Assembly (NCBI GenBank): GCA_032718475.1 | Contig: JAUCBJ010007554.1 | Coordinates: forward strand, 1 to 64,000 | Direction of reading: 5' to 3' | From: Nemertoderma westbladi | Taxonomy: Eukaryota; Animalia; Xenacoelomorpha | Length of the DNA stretch: 64,000 nt | Part shown: positions 62,601 to 64,000 of the stretch, in pieces | Position numbering within the stretch: position 1 is the first letter of the stretch | Layout: each line of letters starts with the position of its first letter | Notes under the pieces: model-generated | Databases searched by the model: none | What the model was told of the DNA's origin: nothing | The model's input: the letters and a program-made list of their open reading frames with translations, nothing else | Position numbers and translations under genes: made by a program

Positions 62601-62905
62601 TGGTGGAGATCTCCGCACGAGGATAATAAACTACTGGAAGGCCGGTTCCCGCGCTACTCTTTGGTGGAGATCTCCGCACGAGGATGATAAACTACTGGAA
62701 GGCCGGTTCCCGCGCTACTCTTTGGTGGAGATCTCCGCACGAGGATGATAAACTACTGGAAGGCCGGTTCCCGCGCTACTCTTTGGTGGAGATCTCCGCA
62801 CGAGGATGATAAACTACTGGAAGGCCGGTTCCCGCGCTACTCTTTGGTGGAGATCTCCGCACGAGGATAATAAACTACTGGAAGGCCGGTTCCCACGCTA
62901 CTCTT
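59655..62905. repeat. 61-bp satellite (~53 copies) with ~304-bp higher-order repeat in its left half
   Basis: Unit GGTTCCCGCGCTACTCTTTGGTGGAGATCTCCGCACGAGGATGATAAACTACTGGAAGGCC; contains palindrome GGAGATCTCC; near-identical ORFs recur at 59878, 60182, 60486. Confidence 0.97.
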
Positions 62906-64000
62906 TTATGTGCCGCCTTATCTGCTGGTTTAATGCCTTTTTTGAGCATTTTTTACCTTTCTAACTCGTATTAGACTCATTTTATTTGTTTTCAAGTGAA
63001 ATAATTTATTAAACCTACTTTATACTTTTACAGTAATTATTAATCTCAAAGCCAGAACTATGCGCAAATTTAATTTCTTTCTAGAAAGTTCATGTCACAT
63101 CAAATCACCACTAATAATTTATACGTAGGCACTATAATCATGATGTTTTGAAAAATTAGATCCACCATTTTTGAGGTTTTTAGTGCGTGTTTTTTTGTTA
63201 GAGGATCCATACCGCTGCACGCCACCTACCGGAAGAATGGGGAACAGGGTGATTTACGAATCACGCCCAGGTATCCAATATATCCAATATAATATTGCAT
63301 ACCAACGAATATGAGGTGAGGCGATGCTAGCCAGGTGATGGTTAATAACACATCTCAGGTGAGAAGCTAGCATAGGGCCGAAGGAATATGGGGTAACAGC
63401 AGTGGCGAAAACCAACCAATGGGGGGCCGCACATGGCGAGTATAACGTATATCCATTGGTAGGTCACCATGTAGGTAGGGCTGTGTGATAAGTTTCCATA
63501 CATTTTCCATATATCTGTTATCCAATATTAATTGTGTTCAGTTGGCTATTAACTACTGTGGATGTCGGACGGTTTTTGACCGTCGTCGCTGTAGTGACTC
63601 TGTAGTACTTTGAATGATTGTGCTGTAATCCATCTACCGGTACTTATATATACATATCAGCTATTATTAACAACGATAACTTTTATATTTCACCGGCCTA
63701 CGACCTTTCAACCTTCAGTCACCACACCACAAACGCGGCAACGCGTACTATTCCACGACATTGATTTACCCGGTCGGGAGCCCTCGCCAACTCGGAACCC
63801 GTCACATTTTTCAAGCTTTTATTAGCTTTTTTGGGAGCTTTATTCGATATTTTATGTTTTAATATTCCAAAATTATGATATTTATTTTGTAGCAATGGAT
63901 TTCTAGAATATTTTCTAACTATAGAAAACTTGAAGAGGCAGCGCGGAAACGGGCCAGTAAACCATCCTGGTTTCACTATTTCGGGTTTGTGGCGCATCTT

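Noticed and set aside
63180-63500. GC-richer segment as a candidate HSP90B1 or other exon
   Set aside because: The frames examined show no Hsp90 motifs or convincing splice-bounded ORF.

Overview
Repeat-rich, AT-rich eukaryotic DNA, most likely from an invertebrate animal (spliceosomal introns, animal-type genes and transposons); the species cannot be determined from the window. Main contents: (1) a Mutator-type MITE; (2) a very young 11.6-kb BEL/Pao LTR retrotransposon on the - strand with 1220-bp LTRs and a 5-bp TSD, whose single ORF keeps Gag and protease but has lost RT and the integrase core, and which has no tRNA PBS; (3) the last six coding exons of endoplasmin/GRP94 (HSP90B1, - strand, ending in REDL), with introns largely built of minisatellites, two of which are tandem copies of the exon/5' splice-site junction; (4) an intronless LIN37 gene nested antisense in an HSP90B1 intron, and a two-exon Ig/FN3 type I membrane protein gene that is probably also nested; (5) a ~370-bp terminally redundant element with a minimal type I hammerhead ribozyme embedded in a tRNA-like Pol III promoter; (6) a 5.9-kb foldback with Academ remnants and an internally deleted piggyBac; (7) SINE/LINE fragments and many satellites. 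Most short ORFs in the track are repeat artefacts. All calls come from reading the sequence by eye, with no database searches.
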